64,000 nucleotides of DNA from the NCBI RefSeq assembly GCF_964204865.1, contig NC_135260.1:6944001-7008000 (forward strand). The letters are read 5' to 3'. The notes beneath the pieces were generated by a model, which was not told where the DNA came from, made no database searches, and worked only from the letters and a program-made list of their open reading frames with translations. Shown here in pieces: positions 49,779 to 63,204 of this stretch; the stretch's first letter is position 1, and every line of letters begins with the position of its first letter. This DNA is from Styela clava. Its lineage: Eukaryota. Both the position numbers and the translations under genes were made by a program.

Positions 49779-50466
49779 TTAGTCACAGGCAACAATTCTA
49801 AAATATAGCTTGTCAGGCTTCCCTCTTTTTGACTGGGTTAGTCACCATTTAAATCGTCAATTTTGGATAGATATGGCTAGTTTAGTCACTAAAAAATGTA
49901 CCTTTATGATAGATACGATTACATATCGCGCAATACTGATTCACATCATTCCTAATTATTAAATTTTCCATCTTGTTTCTTATGCTTGAATATTCATGAA
50001 ATATTATTGAGTCTATCATGACTTTAAATAACATCATCCACATATATGTTATGGATGAAATGCTACATACTGCACTGCATACATACAATATATTTCATAG
50101 TTCTTGCATAATGATTGCATCAAAAAATCCTTTAAATGCTCAACGATAATATCTACGCGTCTAACATTAAATGTCATAACTTGCAATAAAATCGGATCTT
50201 CGCATATATGAATTATATGTAACAATTCACTGAGTATTCGTTTAGGAGTGCACTTTACTCCTCTCCTTGTCTGCTCCTGCTAACCGATTTGACGTTCTTA
50301 GATAATGATGACGCACCTGCATTTGACGTTTCTAAAAATACCTGAGATATTTCTTTACGCTGCTAGAACTTCTCTCTTATTTTTTCTTTTGAGAGAAACG
50401 ACCATCGGATGAACGTTTTTACGACCACGTGAAATATGCGTGCTCGCGTCCTACGCATTTACGTAA
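49779..50466 (-). promoter_or_regulatory. KLF proximal promoter/enhancer: 3x GTGACTAA, 3x TGACG, MEF2-like site, E-boxes, TTACGTAA
   Basis: TTAGTCAC at 49779, 49838, 49882; TGACG at 50290, 50309, 50324; CTAAAAATAC at 50332; CACGTG at 50426; TTACGTAA at 50459. Confidence 0.6.
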
Positions 50467-51785
50467 TAACTATCTACAATTCACTTTAATAGCTTAGTAT
50501 TTATTACAACTTAATATACATTTTCTATTTGTATTGCACACATGAACTAAGAAAATAAGGTTATAATGAAGGAGTGGTTCATTTAAGTGAAGATTTCATT
50601 ACCACTTGATGCTTCGGTGAACTTCAAAACTTGCGTAATAATAGGTTTTACGAAGATGTTTCGAAGTGATACTTTATTCAATTATTTAATACACGCATAA
50701 TAGGGTTTGAAAAGCTATGTTAAAATATCATTCGAATTATCTATAGAATGAAACAGAGCAACCAAAAGCGCGCGGTACTGCCTATTCCGCTTTTAAAGAC
50801 TTGTATATTTTCGAGTTTAGTAAATTCTAGATTTCTGTAAAAAATAATTTGAAAAGTTATTCTAGACATATACAAACGGCGTCCGTTTCTTACAATTTTT
50901 TGATACAAATGAATGACTTCTCAGCGTAAACATTTTACCATTAGAAGGTAGGCGTTCGTACCCTCTCAGCTCACAGACTCCTTTCACCAATTGTTTTCAT
51001 GAAATATCGGCTGCTTCTGCTACAACAGATGCATTGCATACGACGCATATCACGAACAGTTCTTAAACATAAATATAAAGTATGTAACTGATTATTGCTT
51101 GTCATTGAGCACAGCTATTTGTATTTGGTATTTGCCCCATAATAAAATCTTGACAAATGTATATGAAAAATTTTAATGGAGTTGTATTTCAGACATTGGC
51201 CAGGGCATTCACCATAGTTGATCACTAAACATTCGCGTTTAGGTAGTGAAATTTATTTATAATTTTGATAAGTAAAGTCATCAGAATGAAGCACGAAGGG
51301 TACGAATTTGTATTGCTCTGAAATTTATCGAATTTTTTACATGTGTCTAAAATATAGCATTTGTTGTACTCGTTTCGTTAAAAAAATTAAATAAATGTTA
51401 TTACTAAAATGCCGAAGATTGGCGAGACAAAGCCTGATATCTGAACTGAAAGATATAGCAACCAGTGGGCTGAATGGAGTGAGATCAACACTATTCCAAT
51501 ATCAGATTCGTGTGCATGGCAATAAGTTGCTTCATCTTAAAACCACTTTAGGATGAAAGCGGAAATCTTGTTGAAATAGTTTACTTCGCAAATATTAATC
51601 TTTATCTATGAATAATTAAAGTCAAATTAATAACGTCCTGGAATGAAACAATTACTTGAAACCGTCTCTGCATCACAGAAGGTGGGACGCTCTTACGTAA
51701 ATTACATGATACTCATTTGATTTCGCGAGACATTGCTGTTATACTATCGTGTGAATCGTAGAATGTCATTAGCAACACATAGTCA

Positions 51786-51953
51786 TAGGCTGTCCATAAA
51801 GTCCCTTTACAATTTCAATTATGTTATGGAGTCAGTTCTCAATATATCTCAACCGGGTTTGTTGTTTTTTAATCAGTAATTGTTCAAGTATTTTTATTTC
51901 AGTTAATACAATATATGGTATCGATAAAATTAAAAAGACTTTATGAACACCAT
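51786..51953. mobile_element. Tc1/mariner-type MITE
   Basis: TIRs GGCTGTCCATAAAGTC / GACTTTATGAACACC (CAGGGTGTCC-like), followed by a (TA)n run. Confidence 0.65.
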
Positions 51954-54900
51954 ATATATATATATACCAGACCAAATAAAAAAAAATAAACAAACAATTC
52001 ATTCCATCGTTTGCATGTATTAATATTATATATATCTCAGCGATTGAGTTGTGCCACATTGTACTAATGCGTATTTTTTTTAAATATTATATGATTTTTT
52101 ATCGAGATAGGTAACTATAGACATCTTTGTTATAAATGCAGCACCCTGAAATGGGTAACATTCACACCTATTTGATGTACGACTCGGTGCCGAAAGAAAG
52201 AAAATGAGGTTTTTGTCACTAAGTATATTTCCAGATATAGGCAGCAAGTAGCAACCCACACTACGATATTCAGTGTTGCCCACCTGCCATTGTGCTCAAG
52301 AAATTCCAATGAGTACACGTTCGTAATCATCCGTAACTAGGCAGAATGCGTATCATGATTGAAACCGCAACCCAGTGGCAGCCTGGGTAAAGCCGTTGAC
52401 TGCAGTATGCAAAACATGGGCATTGTATAAAAAGCGTCTCTCGTACACTTTTTATTTGTGCTCCACGCTTGCCAAATCGAAATTGAGCTCCCACTTATCT
52501 TTGAAAAGTTTCTCCCTACGCGTATCGACCAAGACGTGAAATTGATTGTAACAACGTGACTCGATTTGTTTGTCGTTATGTGGTTCACTGCGAAATGTGA
52601 TATTACGCAACATTAAGCCTCCAGTGCAAATAATTACTGACCCTGGATAGATGACAGAAACGCAATCCTTGAATGGATGCCAATGTATAGAACAATGGCG
52701 TTACCGAAAAATCTAAATGATATGTACGTACCTAACACCGGCTTAAAGCTTACTTCAAGGATCAAATTATGAAAAACAGTATGATCAGTTGGTTGAAATA
52801 TAGAAAATACTAAAATCTTCTGCAGAAAACACCCACCAAAAAACACCATCGCCACCGCTCAAAATAAAAAATCAGTAAATCCATTTGGGTTTGATTTGGA
52901 TATTCAAATTTTTAAAATAACTCTAACTGGATAATTCTAATGTTGTATTTTGATTGAATTACTTGAAACTTGGAGGGAGATTTCTAAAAAAGATTCAAAG
53001 CAAATGTTAATCAAGTCTAATTACCTACTGGGTAATTACTATCATTTTAAAACGTGGAGGAGTTTTTTTCTCAAATCTCACATTTTTTGCCTTGTCGGGG
53101 TTATTACAAAAGATTCCATAATCTTTACCAATTATCACTTTACAAACAGGAATTTGACACATAAACTATCTTGTGTGGTCGCTCAGCGTCTTTGCTTGCG
53201 TGATCCCAAGATTCCGTCAGTACGTATACCTGGAAACGTCGATATGGGTGGATGAAAGCGCATTCATTAAATCGACTCAATTGTAGCTTTGTAAACCATT
53301 TTTGTGATAAGGTGCGAAGTATTGTTTATTTAAAGAGATATTCTCTTTATCGGCAAGCTGCAACGAAGACTAAATAGAAAGAAAAGTATTTATAGAACGC
53401 AAAAGGTGCGCTGCAATTTGTATTCATCTCCAAAACCCCTTGTGTTGAAACTTCTCCTTTTACGGCGTATTGGTTTCAAATCACCCGTGTCAAAATACAT
53501 AAAGCAGGTTGACTATCTATACATGTGACGTCCTCGTGAACGGCGAGACGTCCCGTCTCGATAGTTTCTGTGAGCCAAAGCGATGTCCTAATAAAAATGA
53601 TATTAAACTCAAATAGCTTCTGAATATTTGCATTTAATATACGAAAAAGTGAGTATCCAATGATTTGATTCATTTTTTTTGTAATGTTTTTTTTTTAGTA
53701 ATTTACTTTTTTCGCAAAGAAATTTTAGTGTCCAGCACAACTTATGCTGATTTCTTGAACTTTTAAAGAAAAACAACAAGAGCAAAATATATCAATAAGC
53801 CAAATTCATATTAAATGAAGAATGCCATACCAATCGCATATGTCTGATTATTCAATTTTTTCCTGTTGAAGCAAAGGCATAAAATATCTCATAATAATTA
53901 TTTATAGTTATCATGGCCATTACATTACTTTGCTACTTTGCTTTGAATTGCATGCATATTCAGCAGTTTCGTTCCTGATATCAGTGCTACCACAAATGAA
54001 TATATTGCATTGCAATAACCACATTTAAATCTGATTTACCCCACACCAAAATGACGTATTGGAGCGAAGTTATAATAACTTTGAAATGAGACATTAGAAG
54101 CAACAGTAAAGACATTCTTCTTACAAATCCCTTACTTCGATTTTAGGAATACGTCAACACGTGATAAAATATTGTACTGAGCGCACATTTGATATCAAGC
54201 ATTGACCATTGCAATTAACTTTCCATTATACCTGTGCAGTGCAGTAACAATCCAATCCACTTCACACACATGTAATTATTACTTGTAAAATACATCATTA
54301 GTAAATGAGGTCACTTTTACACATGTAAATGGTTTTGAAACGATTGATTTGTTTAAATTTTATCCACTCAAAAAGTTAATTATATTTAGGTGAGACCACA
54401 TAGCCATTCAAAAACAACAGATTTAGTTTCAAAAATAATTTGAATATCAATTTATTAGTTTGATTTTTGAAAGCTTCATAAACTGAATTATCATACATAC
54501 AATAATGTCACTTACATAAACACTAATAAGATTTACGCGACAAGACGTACTTATGCTTCTTCCTCACCTTAATATAATATGTCAACTCGGTAATATTCGA
54601 TTACTGCAATTTTTGAATTTCCATGTGACGGAAAAGTATATTGCCTGATCACGCCCTAACATCACCCTTTTGATCAACAGCCAACATTTGCGTTATACTT
54701 GAAAAACATAAATAAAAAATACATGTTTTCCTACTTCCAGAGGAATAATTATTATTATTATTTTAATCCTTAGGATATAATCAGCAAAGATTAAAGATAA
54801 GGTTATCTCTTCCTGATCAACTAAACTAAATATTTAGAAAACAATTGTCTGACTGATCTGATTTTTATCTTCCACAGTTCGCGAACAAAGGTCAGATATT

Positions 54901-56299
54901 GAACCATAAAGCACTGTTATAAAGAAATTGAAAAACAGACCGGGCTGTCAGATTAACAGAAAATTGTAAAAACGAATTCCTATATTTTAATATTTCACTG
55001 TAAATCTTAGTGTTTTTTTATTAAAATTTTGAATATCATGTACTTTTTTTATATTCTACTCAATTATATTTTAGGTGTTAATTAAAACAAAAGGCCTGTA
55101 CATCAACTGCTTTTTGTCTAATGGATTATTTTATCATCATAATCAACACCTTGTGAGGTAAAATGTATGCTCGGTTTAATACGTCAATGTTCGTAAATGG
55201 CAAACCACAAAATTTAATTTTCTTTCGGGGAAACATGATTAATAGGCTTTTAGTTTATAAGAGATAATGCCTTTTTCAGTAATGCGTTTTTTGTAGTAAT
55301 TTACGCACAAATCGAAATGTTCTGAGTTACCGTATTATGCACCACAAAGTTGCTCTACCGGCGAAAAACAAGTCTTCGAATTCACCTCTAAATTTATGTT
55401 TGCTCTTCTCAAACTTCATTTAATGACAAAGGATTCCAACGTTATTCCACATTTATTCACTGGTAATATTCTACTGATCGATGGTTTAAAATGTTAGTGG
55501 ATATCGCGACTAGATTTTCGTGGTTGGTGCAATTCGGTCCTACATTAGCATTTTGCCATGTATGATTATCGGATAATATCTGTTTACTGACCAAAGTACG
55601 TCTCCCCGGTGGTCATTTTTGATTGATTTTATTTACTTTGATAAAAAGGGGATGAGAAGAATTTGTAACTGACAACTAGCTTGAAATATTAGCTTGATGT
55701 ATGCCATAGCCGATTTGAAAAATCGCAAACATTGACGATGGAGTGATAAAAATATTGCATAAATTATAAACCATCAAAAAGCGAAATAATGAATGATTTG
55801 ATATTGTATATTCCATTTTTTGTATATCATTTATAAATATACGCTATCAGTCTAAATGTCATCAACCACGTTTCCTGTCCAGGGTGTGATTCAAATCGGG
55901 AAACAAGAGAATTGAATTTCGAATTTGAACTCTAATTCACATTACTGCTTTCATCGAGGGAGGTCTACATGGTGTGTCCAAACCGCATAAACAAGTTAGT
56001 ACTTTCTTCTGTCGGAGGATAATTTTTCCTTTTTGTTTTTGATTTTCTAACAGCCTTTTGTGCGTCGTATCATACATTCATATATGAAGATCCATTTTCT
56101 TTTTATTGTGATTTTCAAGTCATTAGGGAAGAGTCAATTTCAGTTAGTGATTTAAGACGTTTTTTTAAGTTGACGTGTCTTAATTTTAGCAAAATAATAC
56201 TAGGGGATTTTGTTGTTTTTGCTAGAAAAATATTTCAATGAAATTAATATCTATATTGTCTTGTGTTTTCACAGATTGTATGATTGTAAACATATATAA

Positions 56300-58275
56300 G
56301 AGAATGCACGACTAAAAAAGAACACAGTTGAGTGGCATGTTATGTTCTTTATCTAGTTGTCTTTTCCGAAAAATATTTTCCGAGCATGTAAAACATTAAA
56401 ACATTTTGGCAGGTGAACTGTCGATAACAAGAAGAATAACGTTTATTGTCTAATCAAATTTATTGTGAAATGACGCACGTTTGAACTAATCATTCGTAGA
56501 AAAATGAAACAATTATTCATTATGTAATAAATTATATTAAATACAGCACGTGAATAAAATTGGGCTAAAATTATCATCGATAATTCCAATATTTTTATAT
56601 TCCACCATTTTCTAAAAGCAGTTTTAACAATGTTCCTACATGTTCGTGTAAACTTACCAATGAGAGCGATCAAGTTGTAAAATTTCAGGACATTTATATG
56701 TTTACATTGTACGTTGAAATGTCTCTCTAGAAACAATAGGCACACTGTTTTCTCAAACGTAAAAACGACTAATGTGCAATGTACAATTGGACGATACTTG
56801 GCAATACCTTTCATATTAACTTTTGAGTACCGGCGAACATTTGCACATCGATCATAGACAAAGCCCTATTCATGTCGGAACTGTATTTACCAGATAATTC
56901 AATTTTTTGATTGACAAAAGATATGGAAATCCTGTGCGAATAAGTCTTCCAGACCACAAAGTGCTTGCTTTTTGCCCAACGTAAAAGAATTTAATGTTCT
57001 TCAAACAAGATGAAAGCCAGTTAAAACGTGCCATATATAGTACAGTACAACGCCAGGTTACAAAACTGAAAAATAATACTGTATTTGAAGATATCTGTAC
57101 TAACAATGGGAGAATGTGTTTTGAATGAAGAGATACAGCACCCATCTGAATAACAATCATTTGTTGAAATTGATTTGATTTAATTACTATCAAGATTTTC
57201 TCGCTCCAAAATATGTATACGAATTTTAATTCAATGATGAAAAGGAGAGAAATTAGTTTATTATATTTTACAAAATGAAATAATCTTCATTAATGTGTCG
57301 GTTTTAAATTTGATGCACCGATATCTATTGTATCTTCAAAGGTGTCGAATCCTATTTTTTATTTGAGCGTTGTGATGCCCAATACAAGTACTATATCTTT
57401 TCGGGTTTAATTTTGCGATTTTTGAAACGCAAACGCTATTTAATATAGCGCAAATTGAATATCTGTCTTGACATAATTAAATGTAAGATATTATTCCACA
57501 CGAATCACGATCAATGCCGTAGAAATGGCGCTGATGTAAACACTCAAAAGCAAATTGACTGAATAAGGAAAAAAATAGATAAAAATCGAGACATAAATAT
57601 TTTGGATTTCGAAAATATATTCTACTTGGTTATGTGATATTTTCCATCGTAATTCTGTAATAAAGACATCAATCGAAACGGTGATATCGAGTTTTGACAA
57701 CAGTACATCTGATTTTGACCTCAGATAAGAATTTTGACAGCCCTGTCAAGGTTTGTGACGTCACTGCCAAGTTTATATCACTCTTCATTCACTGCACGTG
57801 AATGGCCGTAAAAAATGACAAACAAAGTTGGTTTTGAGTTACGTAGAATTTACATGGGATTTCCTAATTATGTTTTTTCATCCATGATTAAGGTTTGATT
57901 TACTTATTTTCGTTCGGAGATCCGGTTGTTTTTCAGAGGACCGAGACAGTGTTTATTTAAATATGTCAAATTAATCCTGTTCGAATCCACTTTATGGTTG
58001 GACCTTAAATAAAAATTGCTGGATACATCACTTTTCTACTAATGAAAAGTTTATACGGGCGTCATTTTACAGAAAATTCTGCAACCAATCAAACACAGAG
58101 TTATGACAGTGAACTATTTTGTTTATTTCATAAATGTTAATTTTGTTTTTTCGACATTTTACCTGCCAAAATGTTTGAATGGTTTACATTATTGAAGAAT
58201 ATTTTCCAGAAAATACAACAAGATCACGAACATAACATGTCACTCTACATTTCATTATTTTTTGGTCAATGTGCA
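56300..58275. repeat. Diverged inverted repeat (~56300-56510 vs ~58025-58275) around a ~1.5-kb spacer
   Basis: GAGTGGCATGTTATGTTC / GAACATAACATGTCACTC; AACATTTTGGCAGGT / ACCTGCCAAAATGTT; AAATGACGC..GTAGAAAA / TTTTCTAC..GCGTCATTT. Confidence 0.8.
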
Positions 58276-58278
58276 ATC

Positions 58279-58347
58279 ATCATTTAAACAATAAATTGCA
58301 TTCTATCATTTAAACAATAAATTGCATTCTATCATTTAAACAATAAA
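58279..58347. repeat. 26-bp tandem repeat, 2.6 copies
   Basis: ATCATTTAAACAATAAATTGCATTCT repeated exactly. Confidence 0.9.
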
Positions 58348-59827
58348 AGTGAGTTAGTTGTAATATACTAATATATGATGACTATTTTCAAATGACTTAC
58401 ATACAGCAGCATCGTTTATATCAGAAGACTTGAATAATGACAGCAAATATTGGATTGATGTTTCAATACTTTTGACGAATTCAAATTTTGCCATCTCCAA
58501 CAAATTAATTTTTTTAATCTAATAACAATTATTTATTTTATATTATTGTTTTGCTCAGATAAATAAAATACTCAAAAAATACATCTGTGAATACATCTGA
58601 TAAATTGAACTTTATCAAAAATTAAGTGTCATGGTCGGAACCGCAAATGAACAATTCATATACCGCACCATCTCTCTTGTGCAAAACAGCAAACCCGTAT
58701 CATCAGCGATTTCTACATTTTATTTACAACATCACCAAATTACTAAAGTAGAAAATACAGTCGTCAAAAAGTTCGATTTTTTCAAATGAAAGGTATAAAT
58801 ATTCCCGTGAAATTATACAAGAAAAGATATACATCTTCAGATAATCGGTGCCAGCCACCTAGAGCCAAGCTAACGTCACAAAAATATACAAACAAACTAT
58901 TTACTCACATTGGGAAGTATATCTCAGCAAAAAAAACGTTTTGCTAATTTGCAATATTCGAATTGTCCTTTGAATAAATTTATTCAGTAAAATAAATGTG
59001 ATAACATAAAACATACAGCATAGTAAAATAAAATAATACAATAATGAATATCAATAATAAGCTTAGACGTTGTATTGAAACAACAAAGGAAATTAAAGTT
59101 CAAAACTTAATTTGACCTACCTCAACTGTTTGGTGTGATTAAAGATATTTAATCAACATAAAAAAATTATTTTGTTATTTTTCTTTACCTATCGAAAAAT
59201 GGGTGTGTTATTGTTTATGCATTTCTGTTTGTCTACACGGTCTAACTTCGAGGGTTTTTCTGTGTTAACGATTTAATCAAGTCACGAATCAAATGACAAA
59301 AGATGTCGACTGTAGTTAAGAAACAACTTTTCAGGTCGTGTCCTCTCAGACGTCATATTTTTTTATCAACAAAATATTATTCCAAGCAGTTTTCACCTAT
59401 GAAAATATTACGAAAACAGGTCTGGAGGGGTTTGAGAAAAAAACAACTTTTATAAATCTTGTTTTGTTACCACCCACGTGTCAAAATGTTTATATTGCCT
59501 GTCATCAGAATGCTCAAAAGGTCAACATCTATTGTAATCTACTAAAAATGTAATTTGGCAAATTTTACATAATTCTGTATAACAATGATAGTTCAATTTT
59601 CGGCTATATATTTTTAAAAACTTCAAGAAAGATATAGTTGATAAATAAATCGATCAATTCAACAAAAACGTACATTTGGACGAATTAAGATCAGATAGAT
59701 GCAAAGGGATGATGCGAAAAAGAAATCAAAAATTAAATTCACTTTTGACCATAAATCCTATGAAACACCTCTTATCAACCATCTTCATATGTTTGTGACT
59801 TCCAAAAAATGAAAATATCATTATTAA

Positions 59828-60236
59828 TCAACATGGGGAGCAATATTCGAATATATAGACGCGAAAGACAAGACGAAGTAGCATCAAATCTTTTAGATTA
59901 CCGGCACCTTGGTCTTGCCGACTTTGACTGACCAGCAGATCGCGAGCGTGGATTCGCCACGAGGTTCGCAATTTTTAATTTTGTTGACGCCCCCACACAA
60001 AACTTCAGAGTGAAAAAAGAATCCCATGGAGCCCACACAAGGTTTCGAAAAAAATAGCCTTCTAACGACAACAACAATCTTTAACCACTGAAAATTTCAA
60101 AAAAAATAGATCCAGTTCACTAGTGAAACAGAATATCGATTTTTTTACAACAACAAGAAAAAGAAGAATACTAACAACAACTACAACAAAAACAACATAC
60201 CACCAAAACGATCTATAGGTCCCTTTTGTATCTAAT
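59828..60236 (+). mobile_element. Near-complete diverged copy of the HINE-like family
   Basis: Head ACATGGGGAGCAATATTCGAATATATAGACGCG, core ATAGCCTTCT...TCTTTAACCACTGAAAATTTCAAA, (CAA)n tract, tail AAACGATCTATAGGTCC. Confidence 0.65.
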
Positions 60237-61199
60237 AAACATTTATTGCGGAAGCATATGTTTTAGCAAAACATTTAAATAATTGTTTTGTGCACTGTAA
60301 TATAGAATTATCTTGTGAAATCTTTCAAAATGAATGAAAGGATTATTTGCAATACCAAACATCCGCTTAAAGGCTAGGATAACAAATAAATAAAATGCAA
60401 AGATGTTCAAATTAGAATGACATTGAAAAATTTCCGGATATCGAAATTGATTTGATTATTTACTTATAAAGTAGAGGTGTTTGTCCAAATAAACTTGTGT
60501 GGTACATTTTTTCAATTGTCATAGAGTAAGGATAATGTGTGAGACTTTTGAAAAAGTGCATGTCTTTTGAGATGAGTGTAATTAATAATGGATAGTATAT
60601 TTGCTTTAGTGTGTATTAAAAATTTTTGATAGAGACGAAAAACTTACAAAGAAATAAACATTCAATTATTTATATCCCAGGTGACTGTTGTGCGCGACAC
60701 TATCTGTTAGTCGACGATTATCGGTAATCGCTAATCGTCGTGAATCATTATTAGTATTATACTAATACATCCATTTTAATGAACAGCTTAGAATCGTTGA
60801 GTCACTATAAAAAATTTATGTTTCATTGGCGCAAGTTACAATAACCGTTACATCAATGTTGATAGTTGGAATTGGCCAACATGAAGATCGCATGACATGT
60901 AAAAGAAAACATTTGTTTTTGCGTGCAGAAAAAATTTTGAATAACTCTGAAATGCAATTTTATGTATACTCACAAGGTTGAGCTTTGGCGATTGTACGTT
61001 TCGATTATTTCTGCTAGATTGGTATGGAGTTGGGGGCGGCATTGTTGATGGTTAACGTAATGACATGTGAGCTTGTTTCATATTCGCTAAGTCCGTTCCA
61101 ATTTGATTTCAATATGTATACAGAACAGAAGATTAACTTGGCATGTTGATTAGGATCCAAATGTACAATTTCCTACTGAATGATATAAAGACGTTCAAC

Positions 61200-61770
61200 T
61201 AATTCTCGCTGAGCGACAATATCATTGAAAACGAATCAAGTGTGCACCAAAGTCACGCACCTGTGTTATTATAATTTTTACAAAAAGAACACGCGTTCAC
61301 GTAGTTTACGTTTATTTTTTCGTTCAAATAGCGGAAAGCTATTTAAGCCAAGCGAAGATGATTTAGTAGAATTATGACTCTGTCGATGACCTTGAACGCT
61401 TTTCAATGACATATTTACATCTATTATGACGACGAATAAGATATTGGATAACTCGTTAACTTTTTGATTATCTATAAAAAAGATAAACACAAATAGTAAC
61501 CTTTTATTTGCTGAAATACAACGTTTGTTGATGGACTGATAGAGTGTTAGAAATATTACGTGGAACATGATAAGTCATAATATGCCACCCATGACGAAGG
61601 CAATCTCGATAAATAAGCATGTATGGATATGAATTAAATCCTTCTTGGAAGTTTATAAAATATTCTCTGAGATGTTCTAAATATTTGGAAAGGGTGAAGG
61701 TAGTAGATAAAGCCAGCCTCACCAAAGAAAACATGAATTGAATTTACAAATTTTATTTACCGATAACTGA
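61200..61770 (+). mobile_element. Probable decayed P-element/THAP9-type transposase C-terminus
   Basis: Stop-interrupted translation gives KRIKC...TC, then in one frame NSGKLFKPSEDDLVEL, KHVWI*IKSFLEVY and RKHELNLQILFTDN*, in the order expected for P-element transposase C-termini. Recognised from memory only. Confidence 0.45.
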
Positions 61771-63176
61771 AAGTCAGTCAGTCAGCAAAGTTGAACGAAA
61801 TAAGTTATCGAGTATATAAATGAATTTTTTCATAATTGCTATCTGCGATGTCTGTCGTGTGAAGCAGTTGTTAAAGATCACTTAACATCCTGAAACGGAT
61901 CTAACTGCTATTACATCTGAACCGGCGAGTGGAAAGTTACAGACACTCTTTGAAATATGACTTTACTACCAAGAGAAAATGTTTGTTCTCAAATATTGAT
62001 ATTTCTATTGGTGGGCATTGTGACGCAAATTGACGTTACTAACAGAAGAATGCGCAATTTACGTCAAACGCAAACACTGTGCAATATATAGAAAAGTTTG
62101 ACAGCTGTATTTTTAGTACGTCGAAACTGACGCACACAATGTGTTAATATAAGTAAGTTGCATAAAACGATTTATTCCATGCTTTGGACAATTGCACCTT
62201 TTACATTTGACCCAAATATTTTTATTATAAATTTATATGCAAGTCATAAACTTTTCTCCCGTGCGATAATATTGTTTATAAAGCTTTTAAATGAAACAAT
62301 AGAATTTCAAAATAGGTATTCCGATTTTGAAAGCTCATTGCAACAATATTGACAACTGTTCATAGACCAATAGGACATTAACTATGATTCGAGTAATTCA
62401 GAGTAAAATGTTTTTATTAATTGAAGGAGATAATATTTTACGAAGATTTTTTGGAAAGGGGATATTCGTGTATTGGGATGACCGTGGCTTTACTAACCAA
62501 ATTTTTATGATGATTTATCTCAGATAAACATAAAATAATATAAATTTGCTGAGTAGAATCGTGATACCATTGACCGGAAAACATCACGAGGTAATACGTT
62601 GGTAGATGTAAACTATCAAATAAGATAAAAAAAAGAAAGGCAATAAGTTTTATAGATAATCAGTAAGTATAAATCAGTAGACAAGGAAAACTATCGGCTA
62701 CTTTACTATCTTTCATTGAGCAAATAATAGGTCGAGTATCCGAACGATTGATTGGTCACTCATGGATCTTATTTGCTTCCTGTTTTGAAATTGAAACAAA
62801 GCAAAGAAACATTGATCGTGATTTTGTGACTTTTTAGTGGATTAAATGGCCTGTCGATGATTGAAAATAAACATCCATAACTGACCATCCAAAAAATATC
62901 TATCTTTGAGTTGTTTGTTCCAAACAAGATGGAGTTGATAGCAATGTTCATATTTTAGACACTTTCTATTTTCAAGATATCAAAAAACTGAGTTTTATAA
63001 ATTGTAATAAAATATTTAGCAACTACGCTTTTTTCTATTTCACTTTCCAACCCACGTAAAAAAAGTTTAGTTTTAAGTCTTTCAATGTCCAAATAATTTT
63101 TCCAAATAATCATATTTTATGTGGAGTAGTGGTAAATTATCCCATCAGAACCCGCCTATCTACTACAGTGAACCTG

Positions 63177-63204
63177 ACACACACATATATATATATATAT
63201 ATAT
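63177..63204. repeat. Compound (AC)n(AT)n microsatellite
   Basis: Directly visible. Confidence 0.85.

Noticed and set aside
52100-52860. GC-richer stretch with a faint LINE ORF1-like peptide (TINFTSWSIR) on the - strand
   Set aside because: Similarity too short to support without a profile search.
53170-53240. Possible degenerate tRNA-SINE head
   Set aside because: B box unrecognisable and no second copy in the window.
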